From Acidimicrobiia bacterium (GTDB lineage: Bacteria; Actinomycetota; Acidimicrobiia; Spongiisociales; JAHEDJ01), in the NCBI GenBank assembly GCA_029210695.1, contig JARGFH010000009.1, forward strand, positions 62,001 to 90,828: a stretch of 28,828 nucleotides of DNA, given 5' to 3'. The position numbers were made by a program, and so were the translations under genes. This document shows, piece by piece, positions 1-9,095 of this stretch (position 1 is the first letter of the stretch; every line of letters starts with the position of its first letter). Under the pieces are notes generated by a model, which worked only from the letters and a program-made list of their open reading frames with translations, ran no database searches and was not told the DNA's origin.

Positions 1-2
1 TC

Positions 3-860
3 TACGAACCGACCACTGAAGAATTCGACGCCGTTCGCCGGGAGTTCGACCTGCACGAGCTCGCCGTCGAGGACGCCATGAAGGCGCACCAGCGGCCCAA
101 ACTCGAGGTCTACGACAACACGCTTTTCGTCGTCTTGAAGAGCGCTCGCTACATCGACCTGGAGGAGGAAATCGAGTTCGGCGAGATCCTTCTCTTCATC
201 GGCGACGATTTCGCCGTCGTGGTCCGCCACGGCCAGGCGAGCGGACTTACCGAGGCGCGCCTGAGCCTCGAACGCGACCCGGAACTGCTCCGGATGGGCC
301 CACCCGCCGTGCTGCATCGAGTAATGGACCGGGTAATCGACGATTACGTCCCCGTCGTCGATGGACTGGGCAAAGACATCCAGGAGGTGGAGAAGGAAGT
401 GTTCTCCACAGAGTGGACGAATCCCGCCGAACGGATCTATTTCCTCAAACGGGAAGTCCTCGAATTCCAGCAAGCGGTGGCCTCGCTGATCGATCCTCTC
501 AATCGCCTCGGACGAGGATTCTTCGAGGTGATCCCGGACGATATGCGAGAGTATTTCCGGGACATCTCCGACCATGTGCTGCGCTTGTCCGATCAGGTGG
601 CCGCCTACCGCGACCTCCTCACCAGCGTGCTCGAGGCGACCCTCACCCAGGTGAGTGTCCGCCAGAACGAGGATATGCGCAAGATCTCGGCCTGGGTGGC
701 GGTGGCAGTGGTCCCTACCCTGATCGCCGGCGTCTTCGGCATGAACTTCCAGCGAATGCCCGGCGTTGATGCCAGCTGGGGGTTTCCCGTCGTCGTAGGT
801 CTCATGGCCCTCGTGGCAGGAACCCTCTACGGTCTATTCAGGCGAAGCGACTGGCTCTAG
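3..860 (+). CDS. corA: CorA-family Mg2+/Co2+ transporter, 5'-truncated by the window edge
   Basis: Frame is open from base 3 (YEPTTEEFDAVRREFDLHELAVEDAMKAHQRPKLE). C-terminal NEDMRKISAW...GVFGMNF carries the CorA GMN signature followed by a second TM helix. Confidence 0.95.
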   Translation, partial: YEPTTEEFDAVRREFDLHELAVEDAMKAHQRPKLEVYDNTLFVVLKSARYIDLEEEIEFGEILLFIGDDFAVVVRHGQASGLTEARLSLERDPELLRMGPPAVLHRVMDRVIDDYVPVVDGLGKDIQEVEKEVFSTEWTNPAERIYFLKREVLEFQQAVASLIDPLNRLGRGFFEVIPDDMREYFRDISDHVLRLSDQVAAYRDLLTSVLEATLTQVSVRQNEDMRKISAWVAVAVVPTLIAGVFGMNFQRMPGVDASWGFPVVVGLMALVAGTLYGLFRRSDWL

Positions 861-893
861 CCGGCGTCACCGGACGCATGGTCGCTGCCCGGC

Positions 894-2639
894 CTACGGC
901 TGCTTCCCATCCGGACCGGTGCAGTCGCCGAACCGTTTCAGATCCGCTGCCACCGCTACCCCACCCCGTTCTTCCGCTTCGGCCCGCAGCTTCTGGGCGT
1001 CGTCGAACCTGCCCCGGTGCTCGTACCAGCAAGCCACCCGGATCTTCTCCTGCGCGTAGATGATCGGATATTCGGAGTGCCAGCCGACCGCATCTACCTC
1101 CGTGTCTTGCGCGCCGGGAACCAGCACGAGGTGGAGCACGTCGGCATGTACGACTTTCCACTCACCGCCGTTCACGAGTTCGGCCATTCTCTCCTGCACA
1201 TCGGGGAGGCGCAGCTCGGCGACGATCCACGAGGGCTGCCACTCCTGGATCTGCCCGGCCAGCACATCCGGATCTTGCATGGCCTCGACGCTCTCCAGCA
1301 GGAAGGATTTCGGGTACGTTTCCCAGCGGGGATCCACGAATACTTCGAACCCCTCCCAAATGAGCACATTGGCCGCCGCCCACCCGATGTTGAGCATGCG
1401 GCCTTCGGGTTGGTGTTCGTCGAGATAGTCGATCGTGGCGTCCGGCCACTCCCCTACAGCCCGGCCAATGCCGTACTGGTTGCGAAGAAAGGAATCGGGT
1501 GAATTGAATGTGGTGGCAATGAGGAACGTACAAGCGATGACGGTGATAACCGAAGCCGCCGCACTGAGGAGACGAAAGGGGACCGCTCTGGGCTCTGCTC
1601 GAATGAGCCATCGGACGGCCACACCCATGGTGAGCACACTGAAGAACCCAATTCCTCTCAGTGCCGCCACAACGAGCACAACAGCCAGAACCAGCAGCGC
1701 CGCCTCAAACCACAACCAACGACCGTAGCTTCGGATGCCCGCGTACAGCACAACGCCGAGTGCCACGATCACCACAACTGTTGCGATTGGGTCGGTCCAT
1801 ACCGGAGCCAGTTCAGCCGACTGAGCAGCTCCAGTAGTGGCTCCCTGTGTCAGAACCGTCAAGATCGACTGGTATGGAATCAGCAGTGAACGCACCCCCA
1901 GCGGCGTGATCAAGCTCGCCAACACCCCACCGGCGAAGAGCGCGAGCGGTTGGAGCATGGACTGGTCTCGGTCTTCGTCTGAAAAGCCGAGACGAGCGGA
2001 GACACGCCGTGAAAGGGCAACGTGAATGACGAAGGCGAGTTGAACCATGAGCCCGATCGCGAATAGAGGGTGGGAGTTTGCCCACATCCATTGCAGAAAT
2101 ATCGCCATACCCACCCATCGCCAGCGCTCGTCCCGGCGCAGTCGATCCAAGCTCACCAACATCAGTGCAAGGAACAGCAGGCTGAGCACTTCCGGCCGCA
2201 GGAGAAGATGGCGTTGAACACCGAGAACCCCGACCAGCCAGGCCGGCGCCATACGTGCCGCGCTGCTCCAACTTCCAGCCCACCGAATCCACACTGCCAG
2301 AACCGTCGTCCACAACGCACAGGTCACAAGCGAGAGTCCGCCGAATCCCACTAGCCGCCATGTGACATACAAGATCCCCTGGAAGAGGGGGTACTGCTGA
2401 TAGAGCGCGTAGTCCGGAAAGGTCCAGCTGAACGTATTCGTCGTTGGGAAGACGCCCTGCTCGACAATGAGTCTGCCCGTGGCTAGGTGCACCGGGACGT
2501 CGACCATCTTCACCTTGAGCAGAGATACCGCCACCACCAACATGGAGACTGAAGCCAACCCAGCCCATTGAAGGCCCGTGGGGCGCCCGTCACGCGCCTG
2601 AAACATAAAGACCGGAGCGATGGGTGGGCAAGTCGCCAC
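894..2639 (-). CDS. Polytopic membrane protein, putative GT-C-type (lipid-linked sugar) glycosyltransferase
   Basis: 581 aa with about 10-12 hydrophobic segments. An acidic residue follows TM1 (VDVPVHLATGRLI); LRPE and WANSH motifs; soluble C-terminal domain (VFVDPR). Lies downstream of GT2 and flippase genes. Start codon uncertain. Confidence 0.6.
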   Translation of the reverse strand: MATCPPIAPVFMFQARDGRPTGLQWAGLASVSMLVVAVSLLKVKMVDVPVHLATGRLIVEQGVFPTTNTFSWTFPDYALYQQYPLFQGILYVTWRLVGFGGLSLVTCALWTTVLAVWIRWAGSWSSAARMAPAWLVGVLGVQRHLLLRPEVLSLLFLALMLVSLDRLRRDERWRWVGMAIFLQWMWANSHPLFAIGLMVQLAFVIHVALSRRVSARLGFSDEDRDQSMLQPLALFAGGVLASLITPLGVRSLLIPYQSILTVLTQGATTGAAQSAELAPVWTDPIATVVVIVALGVVLYAGIRSYGRWLWFEAALLVLAVVLVVAALRGIGFFSVLTMGVAVRWLIRAEPRAVPFRLLSAAASVITVIACTFLIATTFNSPDSFLRNQYGIGRAVGEWPDATIDYLDEHQPEGRMLNIGWAAANVLIWEGFEVFVDPRWETYPKSFLLESVEAMQDPDVLAGQIQEWQPSWIVAELRLPDVQERMAELVNGGEWKVVHADVLHLVLVPGAQDTEVDAVGWHSEYPIIYAQEKIRVACWYEHRGRFDDAQKLRAEAEERGGVAVAADLKRFGDCTGPDGKQP

Positions 2640-2674
2640 TCAGTTCGATGACCGCGCCAACCAGGGTGAGCTCG

Positions 2675-3682
2675 CTATGCATCGGATGTCGCAGAATCCT
2701 GGCGGGGTGGCTGAGCCAACCTGATGTGCAAGGGAACTGAACCCAACCGCTGCATGTCGTAGTTGAGGAAGGAAAGGAGGAGTTGTGTCCCGAGGAAGAC
2801 CGGCAGTGCAGCAATCATGACCGTGCCTGCCGTTGCCGCGACTCCTCCGGAGATACTCTCAATCCATCGAACGGCACCGAAGATCGTTCCAAATGTTAGA
2901 AACACCAATCCCGCCACCAGTTCGACTGATGCAATCGAGAAGTCCCGGAGGAAGTAGTCGTAGACGACACGTTTGAGGAGATTCTGCGTATGTCTGAAGA
3001 AGAACTCCGGTATCGATCGTAGGATGCTGAGATTGCTTCTCTCCTCACCGTAGATCGCAGGCATCGGTATGTCGGTGACAACCGCACCGAGGACCCCGAG
3101 TCGAAAGAGCATGTCGGACTCGAAGAAGTAACGCTTGTTCATCTTGTCCAGTGGCATCACCGCTAGCACTCTGGCGTCGATGGCGGTGTATCCATTCGTC
3201 GGATCAAAGATCCTCCAGTAGCCGCTAGACAGCTTTGACATGAAGGAGAGGGCTGCGTTGCCGATCCTTCGTAGAGCGGGGATCGGACGAATGCTGTCTA
3301 TATCGTAGAAACGGTTGCCCTTCGCGTAGTCGGCGAGATGCTGCACAACTGGTGCAACGAAGACAGGTATGAGCGAGGGATCCATTTGTCCGTCACCATC
3401 GAGTTTGACGATTATGTCCATCTTGTCGGCAATGGCATGCCTGTACCCCGTCAGCGTGGCGCCGCCGACTCCCAGATTCTCATCGTGATAGATAACGGTG
3501 ACCCGAGGATCCCCTGAAACGGACTCAACAAGCTCACCCGAACCTTCGGGGCAGCGATCGTCGACGACATATATCCGCTCGACGCCGTCGCCAATGGCTG
3601 CGACGACATCGAGTATGTGAGCAGCCACGTTGAAGCATGGAATGACCACGGCGATCTTCGGTCCTGTGGGTGAGATCGTCAT
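2675..3682 (-). CDS. Glycosyltransferase family 2, polyprenol-phosphate glycosyltransferase-like (DPM1/GtrB type)
   Basis: VVIPCFN, VVDD, LDGDGQ (DxD), GNRF and DPTNGY motifs, plus two C-terminal TM helices. Confidence 0.9.
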   Translation of the reverse strand: MTISPTGPKIAVVIPCFNVAAHILDVVAAIGDGVERIYVVDDRCPEGSGELVESVSGDPRVTVIYHDENLGVGGATLTGYRHAIADKMDIIVKLDGDGQMDPSLIPVFVAPVVQHLADYAKGNRFYDIDSIRPIPALRRIGNAALSFMSKLSSGYWRIFDPTNGYTAIDARVLAVMPLDKMNKRYFFESDMLFRLGVLGAVVTDIPMPAIYGEERSNLSILRSIPEFFFRHTQNLLKRVVYDYFLRDFSIASVELVAGLVFLTFGTIFGAVRWIESISGGVAATAGTVMIAALPVFLGTQLLLSFLNYDMQRLGSVPLHIRLAQPPRQDSATSDA

Positions 3683-3686
3683 GCCC

Positions 3687-4040
3687 TCAAACCTGAGATA
3701 CGACGATTCCGAGAACGATCAATGCCGAGCCGGCCACACCGGCACGCGAAATTCTCTCATCGAGAACGAAGTGGCTCAGGATGGGCACAACCACGAAGGC
3801 AAGCGCCACAAACGGATACGCACGGCTCAATGGGACTTCGCGGATGAGCCAGATCCACAGAAGAGTGGATCCGCCGTAGAGAGCGATCGCAGCCCAGAAG
3901 GAGCCGGATTCCAGGAGGGACAAGAACCCGCCGGGACCACTCCCGTTGGTGAGCGACTCTGATGCCTGCTTGAACAGAACTTGGCCAATCGACAACAGGA
4001 GCGCAAAGGCCGACAGAAAGAAGATCTGCCGGAGGGTCAC
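3687..4040 (-). CDS. Small EamA/SMR-like 4-TM protein (ArnE/F-like putative flippase)
   Basis: 117 aa, four hydrophobic helices, with GQVLFK, PLSRAYP and LDERIS patterns typical of ArnE/F-like proteins. Stop codon is 4 bp upstream of the GT2 start. Confidence 0.8.
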   Translation of the reverse strand: MTLRQIFFLSAFALLLSIGQVLFKQASESLTNGSGPGGFLSLLESGSFWAAIALYGGSTLLWIWLIREVPLSRAYPFVALAFVVVPILSHFVLDERISRAGVAGSALIVLGIVVSQV

Positions 4041-4295
4041 ACCATCGTCCCGTCGTCGATGCGTCCGGTCGGCAAACGCGTGGCAATGTGAGCGGCTTCA
4101 AGGTCCCGGCACGCCCCGTCCAAGGCCGCAGTACAGGTGCTCGACGATCTCGCGTTTTCGTCCTCCGAGTACAGACTTGTGGTCAATGACATCTGATCAA
4201 TCAGCATAGCTTGGGGCCCTCAACGCAAGGAGACGGCGGCTGGATGAGCATCGGTCGCGGTACGCTCACTGAAGCCGTCGAAAGGCATTGTACGA

Positions 4296-4646
4296 ATGGA
4301 ACCGAAGTTCAACGTCTGGTTCGAGGTGGACGGGAAGGTGGCCGCCTCTCGATGGCGAATGCGTCTACTGGAAGCCGTCGCCGAACAGGGTTCCATCAGC
4401 GCAGGCGCTGAGACGATGGAAGTGCCTTATCGCGTTGCCTGGCAGAAGATCCAGGAGATGGAGGACCGCCTCGGCGACAAGCTCATCGAGACGCAAACCG
4501 GCGGCCCGGGAGGGGGCGGCGCACAGCTCACGGAAGCCGGCAGAGGCTACGTTGAGCAATTCAAGGTCTTTGGGGATCGGGTGGATACGGCCCTCGCGGC
4601 GATCTACCGCGAGGTGTTCGGCGACACCCCACAGAGTTGGGCCTGA
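4296..4646 (+). CDS. ModE-family winged-helix regulator, short form with no TOBE/mop domains
   Basis: LLEAVAEQGSISAGAETMEVPYRVAWQKIQEMEDRLG...TGGPGGGGAQLTEAG matches the ModE N-terminal DNA-binding domain. Directly upstream of tupABC. Confidence 0.85.
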   Translation: MEPKFNVWFEVDGKVAASRWRMRLLEAVAEQGSISAGAETMEVPYRVAWQKIQEMEDRLGDKLIETQTGGPGGGGAQLTEAGRGYVEQFKVFGDRVDTALAAIYREVFGDTPQSWA

Positions 4647-4660
4647 GTTCGACGGGTGAT

Positions 4661-4683
4661 CGTTATAATGGTTTGTCATAACG
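4661..4683. promoter_or_regulatory. ModE-box-like palindrome CGTTAT-N11-ATAACG overlapping a TATAAT -10 hexamer upstream of tupA
   Basis: cgttataatggtttgtcataacg has perfect 6-bp inverted arms resembling ModE operators (CGnTAT...ATAaCG). It is an AT-rich island 25 bp before the tupA start. Confidence 0.75.
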
Positions 4684-4707
4684 CCCGCATGGTGGAGGTT
4701 CATCGCT

Positions 4708-5559
4708 GTGAGAAACCGACTCGTTCTGTTGATGGTTGTGGCCCTGACCGCGACAGCCTGCCGTTCGGGCAGCAGCGAACCTCAAGTATTGCGCCTGGCC
4801 ACCACCACCAGCACCGCCGATTCGGGTCTCCTCGAGGCGCTACTCCCCGGCTTCGAAACTCAGTACGAGGCTCGCGTCGATGTCATTGCAGTGGGAACCG
4901 GCCAGGCGCTGTCGCTCGGTGAGGCCGGCGATGCCGATGTCATCCTTGTCCATGCGCGAAACAGGGAGGATGCATTCATTGCAGACGGGCACGGCACAGC
5001 GCGGTCCGATGTCATGTATAACGACTTCGCCCTCGTCGGTCCGATCGATGATCCGGCCGGTGTGCAGGGCACGGCCATGGCCGCAGATGCACTCGTCGCG
5101 CTGGCGGCAGCCCAAGCACCGTTCGTCTCACGCGGAGACGATAGCGGGACGCATACGAAGGAACTGAGCCTGTGGGAGGAGGCGGGTTTGACGCCCGATG
5201 CCGCCTGGTACCAGTCGATCGGGCAAGGGATGGGAGCGACGCTCCAGTTTGCCAACGAAACCGGCTCGTACACGCTCACCGATCGCGGCACGTTTCTCTC
5301 CCAACGAGAGAGCCTGAGCGGTTTGGAGGTCATGGTGGGTGGAACAACGATCGACGAGAACGCCGACCCGGCTCTGCTCAACCCGTATGGGGTGATTCCG
5401 GTGAACCCGGACAAGGGCGGGATTGATCTCGATCTCGCCCAGCAATTCGTCGATTGGCTCACCAGCGTCGAGGTGCAGCGGCAAATCGGCGAGTACGGCA
5501 TCGACATCTACGGTCAGCCGCTCTTCTATCCGGATTCCCAACGGTGGAGAGACCGATGA
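4708..5559 (+). CDS. tupA: Tungstate ABC transporter substrate-binding lipoprotein
   Basis: Lipobox (LTATAC); LATTTS motif characteristic of TupA; FVSRGDDSGTH, GQGMGATL and YTLTDRGT. Confidence 0.92.
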   Translation: MRNRLVLLMVVALTATACRSGSSEPQVLRLATTTSTADSGLLEALLPGFETQYEARVDVIAVGTGQALSLGEAGDADVILVHARNREDAFIADGHGTARSDVMYNDFALVGPIDDPAGVQGTAMAADALVALAAAQAPFVSRGDDSGTHTKELSLWEEAGLTPDAAWYQSIGQGMGATLQFANETGSYTLTDRGTFLSQRESLSGLEVMVGGTTIDENADPALLNPYGVIPVNPDKGGIDLDLAQQFVDWLTSVEVQRQIGEYGIDIYGQPLFYPDSQRWRDR

Positions 5560-5598
5560 TTCGTTACGCGCGGACGTCCGGCTAGCGGATCGATCGCT

Positions 5599-6300
5599 GT
5601 GCGGACCCTGGTCGACGCCCTAATCGATGCTCTGAGGCTGCTCAGGGACATGGACCCGGCCCTCCGCGAGACGGTCGGCCTGACGTTGCAGGTGACCGGC
5701 GGAGCCCTCCTGATCGCTCTTGTCATAGGAATCCCGGCCGGTGCGGCGATCGGCCTCTCCCCCAGGGTGCGGGGGGCCGGGTTGCTCATCCCGCTCATTT
5801 ACACGGGGATGGGGCTTCCGCCGGTGGCGGTTGGCTTGTTCGTCTATCTGCTGCTCTCGAACCAGGGCCCCATGGGCGGTCTCGACTGGTTGTTCACGGC
5901 CACCGGCATGGTGATGGCCCAGACGATCATTGCCTTTCCGCTCGTCGTCGGATTGACGATGGCTGCGGTGCGAGGCGTCGATCCTCAGTTGCCCGTCCAG
6001 TTGCGGGCGCTGGGGGCGACCCGCCGGCAAACGGCGCTGACAACGCTGGTGGAAGCTCGCTTGGGAGTGACCGCGGCGGTGGTAGCCGCGTTCGGGAGCA
6101 TCATCTCGGAGGTCGGAGCGGTGATGCTGGTCGGGGGCAATATCGAGGGGCAGACCAGGGTGTTGACCACGGCGATCGTGCTCGAGACGCGCAAGGGTAA
6201 CTTCGCCCTGGCGCTGGCTCTGGGGATGATTCTGCTGTCCTTGGCATTCGTCGCCAATTTCGCCTTCTATCGACTCCAGGTGCGTAGGGGGAATCGGTGA
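5599..6300 (+). CDS. tupB: Tungstate ABC transporter permease
   Basis: GMGLPPVAVGL and ISEVGAVMLVGGNIEGQTRVLTTAIVLETRKG are typical TupB; located between SBP and ATPase genes. Confidence 0.92.
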   Translation: MRTLVDALIDALRLLRDMDPALRETVGLTLQVTGGALLIALVIGIPAGAAIGLSPRVRGAGLLIPLIYTGMGLPPVAVGLFVYLLLSNQGPMGGLDWLFTATGMVMAQTIIAFPLVVGLTMAAVRGVDPQLPVQLRALGATRRQTALTTLVEARLGVTAAVVAAFGSIISEVGAVMLVGGNIEGQTRVLTTAIVLETRKGNFALALALGMILLSLAFVANFAFYRLQVRRGNR

Positions 6301-7016
6301 ACGCCTACGAGTTGAACGGAGTTCGCCACTGGTATCAGGACCGGTGCGTTGTGGCCATCCCTGAGATGGACGTGCACCAGGGCGAGGTCCTGGCGATCGT
6401 TGGGCCGAGCGGGGCCGGCAAGAGCACGCTGCTCCGACTCCTCAACTTCCTGGAGCAACCGACGGAAGGGAGCATCGTCCACGAGGGAGTGCCGGTCTCC
6501 GATGACGTTTCAATGGAGGTCAAGCGCCGGGTTACCACCGTCTTCCAGCATCCGGTCTTGCTCCGCAGAAGCGTGCGAACGAATCTCCAGTTCGGTCTCA
6601 AACTCAGAAACGAGAAACGACCGGAAGCCGACCTGAACAGGTGGTTGGACGCGCTCGGCTTGACCGACCTGTCCGAGGCGCCGGCCCGAACACTCTCGGC
6701 CGGTGAGGCACAGCGAGTTGCGCTGGCCCGGGCTCTGATCGTCGAACCCTCCGTGCTGCTGCTCGATGAGCCGACCGCCAATCTCGACCCGTACAACGTC
6801 GGCTTGATCGAGGACATGATTCGGCGGATCAATGCCGAGCGGGCTACGACCATCGTGTTGGTGACTCATAACATCTTCCAGGCACGGCGGCTGGCGGATC
6901 GGACCGGGCTGCTGATCGGCGGCGAACTCATCGAAGTCGCCGCCACCGAGAGGTTTTTCTCGTCACCGGGCGATCACAGGACGGCGGCCTTCGTTCGGGG
7001 CGACCTGGTCTACTGA
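6297..7016 (+). CDS. tupC: Tungstate ABC transporter ATP-binding subunit
   Basis: Walker A GPSGAGKS, signature LSAGE, Walker B LLLDEPT; GTGA overlap with tupB. Confidence 0.9.
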   Translation: MNAYELNGVRHWYQDRCVVAIPEMDVHQGEVLAIVGPSGAGKSTLLRLLNFLEQPTEGSIVHEGVPVSDDVSMEVKRRVTTVFQHPVLLRRSVRTNLQFGLKLRNEKRPEADLNRWLDALGLTDLSEAPARTLSAGEAQRVALARALIVEPSVLLLDEPTANLDPYNVGLIEDMIRRINAERATTIVLVTHNIFQARRLADRTGLLIGGELIEVAATERFFSSPGDHRTAAFVRGDLVY

Positions 7017-7091
7017 GTGAGCACCCTCGAGGCCCTCCGGGCCACGCTTCCCGGCCTGCTCGAAGAAATCGGTGGATCGAGTTCGAGCTGA

Positions 7092-8990
7092 TCAGCGATC
7101 GGTCAAGTCCTCGAGGCTGATGCCCTCGCGTACCCGTTCGATCCGGTAGTGCGTATCAGGATTGTCCAGATACAGGGGTCGCAGCGGAGGGGAAGTCAAG
7201 ACCCGGCGTCTGAGCAACTCCTCGATGACCGGCGAATGTTCGGCAGCCATCTTCCCGACAAACAAAGTGTCGAGCCTCTCCCCCGCTTTGATGTAGTCCA
7301 ACATCTTGAGCAGCCCGCGCAGGTAGACGGCATCCTTGATGAGGCCGCCACCCCGGTGCACACGCATCGAGGTGATGTAGGCGGCTCGCGCCGAGAAGCC
7401 ATGCTCGTCGCGCAGCAACCGGAATGTGTCTATGAACGTCGCGCCGTCGACGACCGCGTGGGCTGCCAGCACTCGGCCGGCCAAGGCCTTGAGCCGGATC
7501 GGCGTGAGGCCGCCGACCAGGTATTCGGTGAATACGGCCAGACCCTCTTGAAGCTCGTCGTGGTTGGCGAGACCGGTGGCGAGCAGCCGGAACGGCTGAG
7601 CCCGGCCGTTCCAGTAAGTGACCACATGAGTCCCGATTTCGTGCTGGATGAGCGGCTCGACACGGTGAGCCGGGAAGCTCATGCCGGATCCGACCAGGAG
7701 GTCGCCGGAGGACACCATCAGCGACACGATGTCATCACGCACGATGACTCTTCCCAACATTGCCGGGTCGATGGCCCTGTATCTCTCGAGTTCTGACTCA
7801 GCCCTGGTCACAAAGGTGGCCACGTCGACATTGCGCCCGCGCGTGCCGGTGAACCCTTCAGCCAACGACTGTGTGAGCGAAGCGGCCAGGTCGACCAGAC
7901 CCGAACCCACGCCACCGTAGAGAGCTACACCGGTCGGCAGGAAACGGGGTCGTTCGCGCTCCCCTATCAATGTGAGTTTGAGGTCGAGTTCGCGCTGCTT
8001 CTCACGGAAGAGGTGTTCGAGAGTCGGGTCTTCGATCCGTTCCACTTTGATGTTGTAGAGGTCTCGCTTCAGCAGAGCAGGATCAATGTTGCGCGGCCGG
8101 TACCTGAACTGGGGAGCCTTCTCATACCGGTTTCGCTGGAAGGTCCGGAAAGCTTGCTCGGAATTGGTGGGAGTCACCGCCAAGAGCAGGTCGAAGGAGT
8201 CGGCGACGCTGCTCAGGGCGCGGTCGACCTCCTTGACCGCCCGCACGAAGGTCGAACGGCCGAGTGCCTGGTAGTGGAGCGGGCGATGAGCCGTCTCGGA
8301 CCGAGCAAACTCGAAGGCTGCACGGCGGAAGGCAGTGTCCATCTGGCGAGCGAGCGAGCGCTGCAGAATCGGGAAATCCTCTCCCGTGGCGGCGTCGCGG
8401 TAGATCGGCACCACCTCAACTCCGACATAGCGGGTGGAGAGCTCACGGGCCTGCTTTGGTGTCAGCAGCACCGGGAGGCCGGGCGGCGAGAGCCGGCCGC
8501 CGCGGACCACCGCGACCTTCGCTTTGCGCTTCAGAATCCGGACTCCGGTGAGCGAGCCGACGAACCGCTCGACGGTCGCTGAATCTGCCCAGTTCTTGTC
8601 GACGAGCAGCCGGAATGAGGCGGTCTGGTTGTCGCGCTGGTTCTCTGGGTCTTCCTCGGCTGCCCAGATCTCGACGATGAGGAACCCACCAAACCTGGAC
8701 GTGGTGACTTCAGCGATGCGTTTCACCAAACGGGCGATCCAGGAATGTGCTCCAACCCGCGTCGGAGCAATGAGATATGAGGCTTCACCGTTGATCAATC
8801 CGGCGAGACCCGGATCGATGCCCGTTCTGGGCGGCCGGTAGACGAACAGGAAAGGGAGTTGCCGGTCGATGGATAGCCTCCCGCCGGGGGGCAGCGTCCG
8901 ACGAACCCGTTGACCTCCCGCCAGCCGACCTGCGATATCATCGATCATCTGATCAGTCAGGCGTTCTTGTCCGGCCGCGGCCATAGTCAT
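7092..8990 (-). CDS. QEGLA-motif protein (DUF1704 / MATCAP-like zinc metallopeptidase), long form
   Basis: HEIGTH zinc-binding motif, LQEGLA, and RVHRGGGLIKDAVYLRGL...LFVGK. N-terminal domain contains IDRQLPFLFVYR. Confidence 0.85.
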   Translation of the reverse strand: MTMAAAGQERLTDQMIDDIAGRLAGGQRVRRTLPPGGRLSIDRQLPFLFVYRPPRTGIDPGLAGLINGEASYLIAPTRVGAHSWIARLVKRIAEVTTSRFGGFLIVEIWAAEEDPENQRDNQTASFRLLVDKNWADSATVERFVGSLTGVRILKRKAKVAVVRGGRLSPPGLPVLLTPKQARELSTRYVGVEVVPIYRDAATGEDFPILQRSLARQMDTAFRRAAFEFARSETAHRPLHYQALGRSTFVRAVKEVDRALSSVADSFDLLLAVTPTNSEQAFRTFQRNRYEKAPQFRYRPRNIDPALLKRDLYNIKVERIEDPTLEHLFREKQRELDLKLTLIGERERPRFLPTGVALYGGVGSGLVDLAASLTQSLAEGFTGTRGRNVDVATFVTRAESELERYRAIDPAMLGRVIVRDDIVSLMVSSGDLLVGSGMSFPAHRVEPLIQHEIGTHVVTYWNGRAQPFRLLATGLANHDELQEGLAVFTEYLVGGLTPIRLKALAGRVLAAHAVVDGATFIDTFRLLRDEHGFSARAAYITSMRVHRGGGLIKDAVYLRGLLKMLDYIKAGERLDTLFVGKMAAEHSPVIEELLRRRVLTSPPLRPLYLDNPDTHYRIERVREGISLEDLTDR

Positions 8991-9095
8991 CCCAGAAGTT
9001 GAGGCTGCCGCCAGTTTAGATACGGCCCATCATCGCGCTGATACCCTCACTCCCCCGGCCTCTGCAGGTGGGGGGACGCCCCGATATCCGAAGAT

